From Sedimentisphaerales bacterium (GTDB lineage: Bacteria > Planctomycetota > Phycisphaerae > Sedimentisphaerales > SM23-30), in the NCBI GenBank assembly GCA_963666285.1, contig OY762711.1: a stretch of DNA of 64,000 nucleotides; one strand, 5' to 3'. The notes beneath the pieces are model-generated. The model was not told the DNA's origin. It ran no database searches and worked only from the letters and a program-made list of their open reading frames with translations. Below, in pieces: positions 38,682-49,325 of this stretch (position 1 is its first letter; every line of letters begins with the position of its first letter). A program made the translations under genes and the position numbers.

Positions 38682-39905
38682 CTATCCTTTAACCATACTT
38701 GACATCTTGAAGATAGGCAGGATTATACTCATAGCGATAAAACCTACAACACCACCCATCATGACAATCATCAGCGGTTCGATCATAGAAGTTACAGTAC
38801 GGATAACATTTTTTAGTTCTCTTTGGTAGAATTCGGTAATATCTCCCATAACTTCAGCGAGCTTACCACTTTCTTCACCGGAACTGATCATTTGTATAAC
38901 ACTATTAGGCAGCAGAGCACACTGACTAAGCGGTGTGGATATTTTTTTACCTTGTTTAACCGAGATATATACTTGATGCCACATACGTTTGTAGATGGTA
39001 TTACCAGCAATATTTGCAGTAATATGAAGAGTGTCAAGCATTGGTACTCCGGCATTAACCAGCTCACCCATAGTATGCATGGACCTTGAGATATACAGCG
39101 AATTACATAGTTTTCTGATAATAGGTATTTTTAGTTTGCTGTAGTCCCACCAGTAGCGTCCGGCGCTGGTATTAATAGCCCATAAGAACAGCCACACAAT
39201 ACCTATAGCAGCACCTAAAATGATATACCAGTATTGACGGAATGAATAGCTAAGGAACAAGATGATTTTTGTCGGAGTCGGCAAAGCATCTTCTTTGCCC
39301 TGGAATACCACTACAAAACGCGGCAATACAAAGGTCAGCAGGAATACAATCGTAACAACTGCCATAACTGCAATGATAATTGGGTATACCATAGCACTTC
39401 TGACTTGTGATCTTGTTTCGATTTGCTGTTCTAGATATGTCGCTATACGTTCCAACATCGTACCAAAAGAACCGGACAATTCCGATGCCTTTACCATGTT
39501 GACATAAAGAGGTGGAAAAGTTTTGGGGTATTTTGCCAGTGATTCAGAAAAGCTCTTGCCTGACTCGATATCAAGTTTAATTTGGTTTAGTATACCTCTG
39601 AATTTTGTGTTTTCGACCTGGTCTGCGATAGCATCAAGAGCCGGCCTTATACTAATACCTGCCTTGATCATAACAGCCAGCTGGCTGGTAAAGTTAAGTA
39701 CATCTTTCTGAGATGGTCCAGGTTCAACTTTGAAGTTAAGTATTTTCTGGATAAAACTATCTGTGTTTTCAACTATTTCAGATAGGTTTAGTACATATCC
39801 GCCCTGGCTTTTGAGCATTTTGGCAGCAGCTGTTGGATCTGCGGCAGCTATTGTTCCAGAGCTTATCTGGCCGTTTGGTTGTTTTAGTTCATAGCGAAAA
39901 TTCAT
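38682..39905 (-). CDS. pilC: Type IV pilus platform protein PilC / GspF
   Basis: FTSQLAVMIKAGI, YVNMVKASELSG, AMVYP, GEESGKL, IEPLMIV. Confidence 0.9.
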   Translation of the reverse strand: MNFRYELKQPNGQISSGTIAAADPTAAAKMLKSQGGYVLNLSEIVENTDSFIQKILNFKVEPGPSQKDVLNFTSQLAVMIKAGISIRPALDAIADQVENTKFRGILNQIKLDIESGKSFSESLAKYPKTFPPLYVNMVKASELSGSFGTMLERIATYLEQQIETRSQVRSAMVYPIIIAVMAVVTIVFLLTFVLPRFVVVFQGKEDALPTPTKIILFLSYSFRQYWYIILGAAIGIVWLFLWAINTSAGRYWWDYSKLKIPIIRKLCNSLYISRSMHTMGELVNAGVPMLDTLHITANIAGNTIYKRMWHQVYISVKQGKKISTPLSQCALLPNSVIQMISSGEESGKLAEVMGDITEFYQRELKNVIRTVTSMIEPLMIVMMGGVVGFIAMSIILPIFKMSSMVKG

Positions 39906-39957
39906 CTCTGTTCTCCTTTAAGTATTCAATCAGAACAGTAAAATTAATTAATTTATA

Positions 39958-41028
39958 TTATCCGGCGTTTTTGATTCCAAGTACCTGTCGAATCTTTTCA
40001 GGATGGGATGCATGTGCCAAGCCATCTGTCTTGTCAATATTTCCGTTAAGGCATAATTGTGCAATAGAGTAATCCAGGGTCTGCATGCCGATAGCGCGTG
40101 ATGTTTCGATAATATTTGGAATTTCGAAAATCCTGTTTTCCCGGATACAGTTTCTAACCGCAGGAGTACATAACATTACTTCAACTCCTGGAATCATACC
40201 CGGCTGATCAATTCTGCGGAACAGCACCTGGCTTAATACCGCCTGCAAAGTGTTAGCCAACATAGACCTTATCTGGTTCTGCTGGCCTGATGGATAAATA
40301 TCAATAATACGCTCGATAGTCTGTGAAGCATTCATTGTATGTAATGTACTGAATACCAGGTGGCCGGTTTCAGCTGCAGTAATAGCAGATGATGTAGTTT
40401 CCAGGTCACGCATTTCACCCACTAATATTACATCCGGGTCCTGACGCAGGGCGTGGCGTAAACCAGAAGCAAAGTTTGGACAGTCACTACCAATCTCACG
40501 CTGTTCGATAGCACACAGATTACTTTTGAGAACATATTCTGTCGGGTCTTCAAGAGTGATAATATGCTTACGATATTTTTTATTCATCTCGTTGATGACC
40601 GATGCCATTGTTGTACTTTTACCAGAACCGGTATCACCCGTAACTAGTATCAATCCGCGAGGCAAGTCAACAAGTCTATCTACAGCTTCAGGTAAATTCA
40701 GATTTTCCAAAGGAGGAACTTTATCAGAAATAGAACGAAATGCGATTGCTATACTGTCTCGTTGATAGTGAGCATTAACACGGAAACGCCCTTTTCCTGT
40801 AACTTCTGTAGAGAAGTCGAGGTCGCGTTTCTTCATAAATTCATCGAAACGATCTTGCGGTACTATTTCCTTGAGCATTTCTTCTGCAGTTTCAGGAGTG
40901 ACTACAGGATATTCTACTTCCTCAAGGATAGTATTTTTACGCATTAGCGGCTGAAGTCCGCAGATGATATGTACGTCAGAAATTTTAGATTCGAGTGCTT
41001 CAGTTAATATTTTATGCAGGTCTGACAT
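39958..41028 (-). CDS. pilT: Type IV pilus retraction ATPase
   Basis: GDTGSGKSTT, LRQDPDVILVGEMRD, AETGHLVFSTLHT and AVRNCIRE (AIRNLIRE-like) motifs. Confidence 0.9.
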   Translation of the reverse strand: MSDLHKILTEALESKISDVHIICGLQPLMRKNTILEEVEYPVVTPETAEEMLKEIVPQDRFDEFMKKRDLDFSTEVTGKGRFRVNAHYQRDSIAIAFRSISDKVPPLENLNLPEAVDRLVDLPRGLILVTGDTGSGKSTTMASVINEMNKKYRKHIITLEDPTEYVLKSNLCAIEQREIGSDCPNFASGLRHALRQDPDVILVGEMRDLETTSSAITAAETGHLVFSTLHTMNASQTIERIIDIYPSGQQNQIRSMLANTLQAVLSQVLFRRIDQPGMIPGVEVMLCTPAVRNCIRENRIFEIPNIIETSRAIGMQTLDYSIAQLCLNGNIDKTDGLAHASHPEKIRQVLGIKNAG

Positions 41029-41123
41029 TTTTTAATCTCCGTTAAATAAAAGTATTCTGCCTTTTATAAGCTAGTGACTCAAAATGTCAGCCTGATATTC
41101 AGTTTTATGAATTAAATATGTTT

Positions 41124-42923
41124 CTAAATAGCGTCAACGGTTACTCTCATAACCTCTTCGACGGTGGTAATTCCATTTTTTACAAGTCGAAATCCAGAAC
41201 CTCGCAAGGACACCATTCCGCGTTCATTACATAGGCGGCGCATTTCGATTACTGTTGGATTGCCGGTAATGATATCCCTGTAAACGTCATCAATTGCAAG
41301 TAGTTCGTAGATGCCGATACGTCCCTGGTATCCGGTATGACGGCATTTGTCACAGCCGGCACCGGCATATGCTTTTTCCACATTATATCCATGAGCCTGA
41401 AGAAACATATTTTGTTCTGCAGGAAGTTCTATTTCTGATTTACAATCTGTGCATATTCTACGTACTAAACGTTGTGCGAGTACGGCATTGAGAGAAGCGG
41501 AAATCAGGAACGGTTCGATACCGATATTTATTAGTCTGGTAATACTGCTTGGGGCATCATTAGTATGGAGAGTGGAAAGAACCAAGTGGCCGGTAAGTGA
41601 TGCCTGGATGGCTATTCTGGCAGTTTCCTGGTCGCGAATTTCACCTACCATTACTACATCCGGGTCCTGACGTAAAAGAGAGCGAAGTGCCGCAGCGAAG
41701 CTCATACCGATTTTGTCATGGACCTGTACCTGGTTGATACCATCAAGCTGGTATTCAACGGGATCTTCAACGGTTGATATGTTCATCTTAGCCCGATCAA
41801 GAGATCTCAGTACAGCGTATAAGGTAGTACTTTTACCTGATCCGGTAGGCCCGGTTACAAGTATTATTCCATGTGGACGTTGAATATTGTTTGCCAGAAT
41901 AATATTTGTATCTTCATCCATATCAAGGTCGTTGAGAGTACGTGCAGCACTGGCCCCGTCAAGAACTCGCATAACTACTTTCTCGCCGTGAACTGTCGGC
42001 AGAGTAGAAACGCGCATGTCAATATTTCGATTATCGATTACAACTCTCATACGGCCATCCTGTGGAACACGCCGTTCAGCGATATCCAGGTTCGACATAA
42101 TTTTGATACGGGAAGTAACCGCACCAAGCATAGTATGTGGAGGCGATATTATTTCAAATAAAATGCCGTCAATACGGTATCTTACTTTTAGTTTTTTATC
42201 ACCCGGTTCAATATGTATATCAGAGGCACCCTCACGTATAGCGTTTACAATTAAGTAGTTAACAAATTTAATTATAGGAGAATCACCGGCAGCTTCTTCA
42301 AGATCTGCCAGGTCTTCTTCTTCAGTTTCAACAACTTCAACTTCTTCAGCATCCATATCCTCTATGATTGAATCAACCTGAAGATTTTGTTCGTTGTTGT
42401 CTTTATTGCTGAGAGCCAGAATTTCTTTGATTGACTTTTCTGTGCAAACAAAGATTTTCAAAGGCTTTCCGGCTTTCCGCTGAATTTCATCCTGTAAGAA
42501 GATATCAGTCGGATCGGTCATAGCCAGCAGTAACCAGCCGTCTTTAATGTCAAAAGGTAAAGCATTGTGTTGTTCAATAAATGCTTTATCCAAAATTGCC
42601 ATTGCATTTGGATTGACTATTTCAATATTAAGATCCAAAAATGGCAAATCGTACTGTTCAGCCAGGCATTCCTGAAGTACATCTTCACTGATAGCATCCA
42701 TCTCTAATAAAATCTGACCAAGTTTTTTTCGAGGTTGCTTTTGACGCAGACTTTTGGCTTGTGCCAGTGTTTTGCTGTCAATGTTTACCTTGGCGCATAA
42801 CCTGTCATCAATTGTAGAGATTGCCGGTCTAGCTGAAGAAACATTGCTGGCAATGTTATCATCAACTTGCTTCGGAGTTATCAATGATGGATTAAATTGT
42901 TCATTATTCTTTTTGTCAAACAT
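41124..42923 (-). CDS. pilB: Type IV pilus extension ATPase PilB / GspE with N-terminal MshEN-like domain
   Basis: ASDIHIEP, GPTGSGKSTT, LRQDPDVVMVGEIRD, tetracysteine CTDC...CDKC. Confidence 0.9.
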   Translation of the reverse strand: MFDKKNNEQFNPSLITPKQVDDNIASNVSSARPAISTIDDRLCAKVNIDSKTLAQAKSLRQKQPRKKLGQILLEMDAISEDVLQECLAEQYDLPFLDLNIEIVNPNAMAILDKAFIEQHNALPFDIKDGWLLLAMTDPTDIFLQDEIQRKAGKPLKIFVCTEKSIKEILALSNKDNNEQNLQVDSIIEDMDAEEVEVVETEEEDLADLEEAAGDSPIIKFVNYLIVNAIREGASDIHIEPGDKKLKVRYRIDGILFEIISPPHTMLGAVTSRIKIMSNLDIAERRVPQDGRMRVVIDNRNIDMRVSTLPTVHGEKVVMRVLDGASAARTLNDLDMDEDTNIILANNIQRPHGIILVTGPTGSGKSTTLYAVLRSLDRAKMNISTVEDPVEYQLDGINQVQVHDKIGMSFAAALRSLLRQDPDVVMVGEIRDQETARIAIQASLTGHLVLSTLHTNDAPSSITRLINIGIEPFLISASLNAVLAQRLVRRICTDCKSEIELPAEQNMFLQAHGYNVEKAYAGAGCDKCRHTGYQGRIGIYELLAIDDVYRDIITGNPTVIEMRRLCNERGMVSLRGSGFRLVKNGITTVEEVMRVTVDAI

Positions 42924-42944
42924 ATATTCTGCCCTGATATTTGC

Positions 42945-43589
42945 CTATAATTCAAGTTCGCATTGCCAGTCGTCTGCCTCAAGAACAACTGAATCTATTT
43001 TTATTTCTACTATCTTGAAGGAATCAGTCACAAAGTCACCAACCTTGTAAAGGATTCCATTAATCAGGCAAATATCTCCATCAGAACCTTTTAGTATTGA
43101 TTTTAGATTTAAGTCATTAATTTCTTCAGCAAGTTGTTTTTCTCTTTCGATTTTTTTATTAATTACATCCTGGTCTTTAACTTCAGGAGCAGGTTTAACT
43201 TTGTGAATAAACGGGTTTTTGTTAAGCTCTTCCAGTTTTACCTGCTTTGTCCCCGGCATTTCATAAAATGTTTTTACTAAATTGTCAGAGTTTTCCAGGT
43301 TTTTTGCTCCTATCAGTTTTGCCAGGGCTATATCAAGTTGTGTTGTATCAGTTTGGGCGGTTTCTTCGGTTTCAGGTTTTTTATGTTGAAAACCAATCAG
43401 CCAGGTCGCAACTATAGCAGCGATGCATACACCTAATAAAATGTATGTGTTTCTGTTACTATTCTGAGAAGTAATAACAAAAGCACTGTCACCTTCTATT
43501 GGTTCAGTCAGGTCAATTAATGTTTCCTGCTGTATATTTTGTGGTTCTGATGCTTCGTTTGTTTGATTTTGATCTTCAAAGAAATTCAT
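42945..43589 (-). CDS. Pilus-cluster bitopic membrane protein (PilP/GspC-like position)
   Basis: One TM; KNPF motif; C-terminal LKSIL..CLING..VGD..IVEI..VVL beta domain; follows pilO. Confidence 0.55.
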   Translation of the reverse strand: MNFFEDQNQTNEASEPQNIQQETLIDLTEPIEGDSAFVITSQNSNRNTYILLGVCIAAIVATWLIGFQHKKPETEETAQTDTTQLDIALAKLIGAKNLENSDNLVKTFYEMPGTKQVKLEELNKNPFIHKVKPAPEVKDQDVINKKIEREKQLAEEINDLNLKSILKGSDGDICLINGILYKVGDFVTDSFKIVEIKIDSVVLEADDWQCELEL

Positions 43590-43650
43590 GTCTATACCTT
43601 TCAAACGCAAGGTGTATTATCCTGAGTGTACTCAGAAATATTCTGCCTGT

Positions 43651-44184
43651 TTATCCTTTATTGTCGTAATAGATGCTTAAAGTGAATTTAACCGTCATTG
43701 CCCCAGGAACATTCTGGTCCTTTTCGATTTCCATTTCACTTATTTTTGTTATACGCGGCATCTGTTCAAGCTCTAGAAGAAACTGGTAGAATGATTCAAA
43801 GTTGCCGTAAAGTTCCATTTCAATTGGCTGTTCATTATAAACTGAGAATGGTTTGGTTTTATTGGTCTTAAATAATCTGGTTTCCAGTTTCTGGCTATCA
43901 GCGATTTTAGTTACATCTTCCAGAACTTTATGTATTTCATGTTGTTGTGGTAATTTATTTTCAAAAAATTCTACTGCTTCAGCCAGTTTTTCCACTTCAG
44001 CATTTAAGTCATCAATTTTCTGAAGAGCTTGTGTTAGTTCTTCGAGTTTAGTTTGCTGCTGATTGAATTTTTCACGATGTTCGACCCAGTTAGCATTAGC
44101 CGGTTTAAAGATCCACAACCACGATCCAATAGGAATTGCTGCCAGCAGACCGAAGAATAATAATTCGCGTAAACCAAATTTCAT
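43651..44184 (-). CDS. pilO: Type IV pilus alignment protein PilO
   Basis: TM, coiled-coil, KLPQQHEI, EQPIEMELYGNF..FLLELEQMPRI. Confidence 0.85.
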   Translation of the reverse strand: MKFGLRELLFFGLLAAIPIGSWLWIFKPANANWVEHREKFNQQQTKLEELTQALQKIDDLNAEVEKLAEAVEFFENKLPQQHEIHKVLEDVTKIADSQKLETRLFKTNKTKPFSVYNEQPIEMELYGNFESFYQFLLELEQMPRITKISEMEIEKDQNVPGAMTVKFTLSIYYDNKG

Positions 44185-44211
44185 AGTTTTTCTCCTGTTA
44201 ACAAAATTCGA

Positions 44212-44979
44212 CTATTTAAGGAAATTGCCGAAAAATTTCATCATACCGTTTTTGTCAGCCATGTTAATCTTCTGATCAGCTGAACGATTCATGTGCTGCT
44301 GTCTTGCCCATAATACATCTTCTTCTGTTGCCCTGATTTCAGGAGAGATAGAAGTGTTGATTTCAAATTTGCGATAATTCATGTCATTTTTAACAAATTC
44401 TTCTGAATAGCTGAGCGATACAGCTGAGAGTAAATGGGATTTACTCAAATCTTTTATTAGTTGCGCAACCTCTAAGTCACTATTTGCCACACCAATAAAA
44501 TCTATAACAGTTTCAAACTTTTTAGGTTTGATTTTCGGTTTTTCGTCTTCTTTTTTCTTACTTGCTGTTTTGATTTTCTTTTTAGTTACCGGCGGTTCAG
44601 ACTGTTTAATTTCCTTGCTTTCCAATTCGTATGAAATCAGTGAAACGCCGCTTGGCAAGTTGTTAGTTACAGTAGCTAGAAGGAGAGATCTTGGGATAGG
44701 TTCTGTCAGCATAGCGCTTAATTCAGCTTTCTCTTTCATTTGTAACTTTTTCTTTTCAAGGTCATCAAGTTTTTTCAATGATTCGGCAGCTAATGTCATT
44801 TTTTGAGCCATTTCAGCCTGCTCAGAAACCATTACTCGTCGCCTCTTTTCTGTTATGAACCAGCCAATACTTACTGCTGATATTACTACAACAAAGAGCA
44901 ACAAGCAGATGATATTGGTACGCTGCTGAGCTTTTTTTTCTAAGTAGTCTTCCGGTAAAAAGTTCATATCATTTTTCAT
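44212..44979 (-). CDS. pilN: PilN-like protein
   Basis: NFLP N-terminal PilM-binding motif; TM; LPSGVSL; GVA; ATGA overlap with the pilM stop. Confidence 0.75.
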   Translation of the reverse strand: MKNDMNFLPEDYLEKKAQQRTNIICLLLFVVVISAVSIGWFITEKRRRVMVSEQAEMAQKMTLAAESLKKLDDLEKKKLQMKEKAELSAMLTEPIPRSLLLATVTNNLPSGVSLISYELESKEIKQSEPPVTKKKIKTASKKKEDEKPKIKPKKFETVIDFIGVANSDLEVAQLIKDLSKSHLLSAVSLSYSEEFVKNDMNYRKFEINTSISPEIRATEEDVLWARQQHMNRSADQKINMADKNGMMKFFGNFLK

Positions 44980-45890
44980 AGTTGTGTTACCCCATAAGCA
45001 ATTGACCACTGGGAGTCAGGCAAAAGTCCATTTTCAAAGTCAACCGGTAAATGACAGGAACTTATTTCAAGCCCTAACCGATTGGCAAATTCATTAACAA
45101 GCTGATTGTTTCCGGCATATCCCCCGGTAAATAGTATTTTAGTTACCGGTTCCTTTTCCCAGATCATGTCATGGTATCTAAGGCATGCTTTTAGTTCTTC
45201 CAGCAATACCTGACTATTTAGAGTGGTCTTATCATTTTTATCAAATGCAGATTGGATGTTACGACAAAATGTGACATTTTCCCCTTTTGATATAACCGCC
45301 CATGCAGATTCGTACCCTATGTCAACAAACATTACCCGGTCCTGGTTTTGGAATCCGGCATTTTTGTAGACTTCAGGTAATATGACAGCTGGTACAGAAA
45401 CGTTATCAATTTCCAGTTTTGCATTTTCCAGGCATTTAATATGATAAAACAGATTCTTATTGGAAACCACAAGTACAATTACTTCCAATTTTGTTGAGTT
45501 TTCTTTGCTGTCAAATACTTCACCGGCAACTATATGGCGAATCATAGCATTTTCAGTGTCAAATGATACTTTTTCGCGTATTTCAAATTGGATAATCTTT
45601 TTGAGTTCATCTTGTGACATTTTGTCAAGTCTAAGATGACATATTTCCACCTGGCCAGCTGAAAGGCTGCTTCTTACAATATGTCCTTTAAAAGGTTTTT
45701 TGGTAAGCATATCTTTTATAGCTTTTGTACCCCATTGGTAATATGCAACCGGGTCGCGACGTGCTTCAGCAGGAACTTCTCGTTTATCTGCTATCACTTC
45801 CTGGCCACCGGATTTCATCTGAACCATTTTCAGACTGGCTCTGCCGAAATCAATTCCGATGGGGTTTGATTTTGTACTAAATATGCTCAT
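44976..45890 (-). CDS. pilM: PilM-like actin-fold protein
   Basis: PIGIDFG, FVDIG, LFTGG, WSIAYG. Confidence 0.8.
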   Translation of the reverse strand: MSIFSTKSNPIGIDFGRASLKMVQMKSGGQEVIADKREVPAEARRDPVAYYQWGTKAIKDMLTKKPFKGHIVRSSLSAGQVEICHLRLDKMSQDELKKIIQFEIREKVSFDTENAMIRHIVAGEVFDSKENSTKLEVIVLVVSNKNLFYHIKCLENAKLEIDNVSVPAVILPEVYKNAGFQNQDRVMFVDIGYESAWAVISKGENVTFCRNIQSAFDKNDKTTLNSQVLLEELKACLRYHDMIWEKEPVTKILFTGGYAGNNQLVNEFANRLGLEISSCHLPVDFENGLLPDSQWSIAYGVTQL

Positions 45891-46616
45891 TATTTAACCT
45901 TTACTGTTAATTATGCCTGCTCGAAGTCGTTTATCATTGTTGGTAATTTATAAGTGTTTTTAATATAAGGAGATATAATACGTGTTTGAGTGTTTATATC
46001 TTTGCATTATATAAATTATCAATAAAATATATGATAAAATCTTACCTATATCAACTATCTCAGCTATTTCAACTAAGTATTAATAATTTCTTGCTTTACC
46101 CAACCGTAATAATGATTATAAATTAACAAAAAGCTATAATAATTGCTGTTTATCAGGTATTTAGACTTACTTACAGGAAAAAAAATTATAACCAAGATAT
46201 AATTAAATATAGTTATAAATATTAGTTTGCCAGATTATCGGAATAAGTATTCAAAACAATATTAATGTTTAGAAATAGCTGATAAGTTACCAAACCAAAG
46301 ACAGAATTTTGCCGATAGATATAGCTGAGCATTAGCATTAATCCTTAAACCAGGCTTATTGTGATAATTCTAATGAAAAAACCATTATTGGGCGGCCCAG
46401 ATAAGGCTGAAGACATAATAAATTACGCTGCTTGATAATTTAGGCAAAAGCAGATAGAATTATCAAATGATATATATGAGTAGAAGTAAAACAATAACAC
46501 CTACCAGAATATGGTAGAATAAAACTAAAATATAACGTATTTAACTTTATACGTAAATTTCGGGTAATACCAAAATTATTTGAGTTTATTTAGCTCAAAA
46601 TTGACTGGAGATTGAA

Positions 46617-49163
46617 ATGTTTGAAAGATTTACAGACCGGGCCAGAAAAATAATGGCTCTGGCTAATCAGGAAGCACAAAGGTTTAATCACGAATATATT
46701 GGAACCGAGCACATCCTTCTCGGCCTGGTTCGTGAAGGTAGTGGGGTGGGCGCTAATGTGTTAAAGAACCTTGATGTAGATTTGCGCAAAGTCCGCCTTG
46801 AGATCGAAAAACTGGTCAAAAGTGGACCTGACATGGTAACTATGGGCAAGCTTCCCCAGACTCCTCGCGCCAAAAAAGTAATTGAATATGCTATTGAGGA
46901 GGCCAGGGCGTTAAATCATAACTATGTCGGCACAGAGCATTTGCTACTTGGTTTGCTTCGTGAAAGTGAAGGTGTTGCGGCACAGGTATTAATGAATCTC
47001 GGCTTAAAGCTTGAAAAAGTAAGAGAAGAGGTTTTGAATTTACTTGGAGCAGGACTGGAAAGTACAGAGATGAGTACAAGCAGCGATCAGACAGGTTCAA
47101 CCGAATCAATGGGAGGTCCAGGCTCGTCGCAAAAATCTGCAAAGAGTAAAACACCTGCGTTGGACAGCTTTGGTAGAGATTTAACTGAACTGGCAAAACA
47201 GGGTCAGTTGGATCCGGTAATTGGTCGAAGCAATGAGATTGAACGCGTACTTCAGGTTTTATGCCGTCGTACTAAGAATAATCCGGTATTACTAGGTGAA
47301 GCCGGTGTAGGTAAAACTGCTATTGTAGAAGGTTTGGCACAGAAGATTATTGCCCATGATGTACCGGAGATTCTTGCCGGTCGCCGTTTGGTAGTTCTTG
47401 ACCTGGCAATGATGGTTGCAGGTACTAAATATCGAGGCCAGTTTGAAGAACGCATCAAGGCAGTAATGAATGAAGTTAAACGAGCTAAGAATGTAATTCT
47501 GTTTATTGATGAGCTTCATACTCTGGTTGGTGCTGGTGGAGCAGAAGGTGCCATAGATGCATCAAATGTTTTGAAACCGGCCTTAAGTCGTGGTGAAATT
47601 CAGTGTATTGGTGCCACAACCTTAGATGAGTATCGAAAATATATTGAAAAAGATGCGGCACTAGAACGTCGATTCCAGACAATTCTGGTCGAACCTCCAA
47701 CTAAAGAAGAAGCCCTTGAGATACTTAGGGGGTTGAGAGATAATTATGAGGCGCATCATAGGGTTCGTATAACCGACGAAGCTCTTGATGCTGCAGTTGA
47801 ACTTTCGAGTAGATATATTACTGGGCGTTGTCTTCCAGATAAGGCAATTGACGTTCTGGATGAGGCAGGTGCCCGTATTCGGTTGGCTACAATGACCAAG
47901 CCGCCAGATTTAACAGAAATTGAAAAAGAGATCGAGCGTTTACAGATCGAAAAAGATGAATCTGTAAAGAATGCTGATTATGAACGTGCTGCTTTGCTTC
48001 GAGATGAAGCTCAGAAGATGCAGCAGAAAAAAGAAGAGATGCAGACAAAGTGGCGTGAAGACAACAACGAGTCTGAAGGTCTGGTTGATGAAGAGGTAGT
48101 TGCCGAAGTAGTTAGTATGATTACGGGAGTACCTTTGACCAGGCTCAAGAAAGAAGAGGTTGCGCGTTTACTAGAGCTTGAAAATGAGCTGCATAAACGA
48201 GTTGTCAGCCAGGATGAGGCTATTAAGGTTGTGGCAAAATGTATCCGTCGCAGTCGAAGCGGCTTGAAAGATCCAAAACGTCCAATGGGCTGTTTTATCT
48301 TTGTCGGACCGTCCGGTGTTGGTAAGACTCTGCTTGCAAGAGCGTTGGCTGAATTCTTATTTGGAAATGAAGATGCACTTATTCAGCTTGATATGAGTGA
48401 GTATATGGAGAAACATAATGTATCTCGTTTGGTAGGAGCGCCTCCAGGATATGTTGGTTTTGAAGAGGGTGGTCAGCTGACAGAACGTATTCGTCGTCGA
48501 CCATACTCAGTTGTATTGCTGGATGAAATCGAAAAAGCTCATAGTGATGTAACTAATATGCTGTTACAGGTAATGGAAGAAGGTCGTTTGACAGACAGTT
48601 TTGGTCGTCATATTGACTTCAGAAATACTATTCTGATTATGACAAGTAATATTGGTGCAGACCTGATCAAGAATCAGGGTGGTAGTGGTTTTGGTTTTGG
48701 CAAACGTGACGCTGAAACTAACTATGAAAGAATGAAAGACATTTTACATAAAGAGGCAGAACGCTTCTTCCGTCCGGAATTTTTGAACCGTCTTGATGAT
48801 TTGATTGTATTCCAGTCTCTTACTCGTGAAAATCTCGAAATTATCGTGAATTATGAATTGAATAAGGTATTTAAACGTCTGGCAGATAGAGGGCTCAGTC
48901 TTGAACTTTGTGAAGATGCCAAAGAGTTCTTGATAGATAAAGGATATGATCTTGAGTTTGGTGCTCGTCCGTTGCGTCGTGCAATTGAACGTCATGTTGA
49001 AGATCCATTAAGTGAAAAACTCCTGATGAATGATTTTGAAGGAGTTGACCTTATTAAGGTTTCTGTTTTGGATGACAGCCTTCACTTTGAAGGATTTAAG
49101 ACAGAAGATAATTCACCGGATTCTGGTCAGGAAGAGTCAGAAGAAATGTCACAGACAACTTAA
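46617..49163 (+). CDS. clpC: ATP-dependent Clp protease ATP-binding subunit ClpC
   Basis: [10 protein letters not shown] double Clp-N domain; [11 protein letters not shown]-like middle domain; [16 protein letters not shown]. Confidence 0.95.
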   Translation: MFERFTDRARKIMALANQEAQRFNHEYIGTEHILLGLVREGSGVGANVLKNLDVDLRKVRLEIEKLVKSGPDMVTMGKLPQTPRAKKVIEYAIEEARALNHNYVGTEHLLLGLLRESEGVAAQVLMNLGLKLEKVREEVLNLLGAGLESTEMSTSSDQTGSTESMGGPGSSQKSAKSKTPALDSFGRDLTELAKQGQLDPVIGRSNEIERVLQVLCRRTKNNPVLLGEAGVGKTAIVEGLAQKIIAHDVPEILAGRRLVVLDLAMMVAGTKYRGQFEERIKAVMNEVKRAKNVILFIDELHTLVGAGGAEGAIDASNVLKPALSRGEIQCIGATTLDEYRKYIEKDAALERRFQTILVEPPTKEEALEILRGLRDNYEAHHRVRITDEALDAAVELSSRYITGRCLPDKAIDVLDEAGARIRLATMTKPPDLTEIEKEIERLQIEKDESVKNADYERAALLRDEAQKMQQKKEEMQTKWREDNNESEGLVDEEVVAEVVSMITGVPLTRLKKEEVARLLELENELHKRVVSQDEAIKVVAKCIRRSRSGLKDPKRPMGCFIFVGPSGVGKTLLARALAEFLFGNEDALIQLDMSEYMEKHNVSRLVGAPPGYVGFEEGGQLTERIRRRPYSVVLLDEIEKAHSDVTNMLLQVMEEGRLTDSFGRHIDFRNTILIMTSNIGADLIKNQGGSGFGFGKRDAETNYERMKDILHKEAERFFRPEFLNRLDDLIVFQSLTRENLEIIVNYELNKVFKRLADRGLSLELCEDAKEFLIDKGYDLEFGARPLRRAIERHVEDPLSEKLLMNDFEGVDLIKVSVLDDSLHFEGFKTEDNSPDSGQEESEEMSQTT

Positions 49164-49202
49164 ACTGTATTTTCAGTTTAACAGCTGTTTTCTATTGTTA
49201 AT

Positions 49203-49238
49203 AAAAGCTTCGATCAATTATATGGTCGAAGTTTTTTT
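49203..49238 (+). terminator. Terminator after clpC
   Basis: Stem AAGCTTCGATCA / TGGTCGAAGTTT followed by a T run. Confidence 0.7.
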
Positions 49239-49325
49239 ATTATTTTGTAACTTCAGTTACAATTGTATGTATAATCAGTAGTTTGTTAATTATTATTTTA
49301 CTTTTTTCTATATGGAGATTATTAA

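Noticed and set aside
22299..46318. Several (G/T)CCGATA sigma28-like -10 boxes (22299, 23381, 46235 minus, 46311)
   Set aside because: They mostly lack a properly spaced TAAA -35 element, so support is insufficient.
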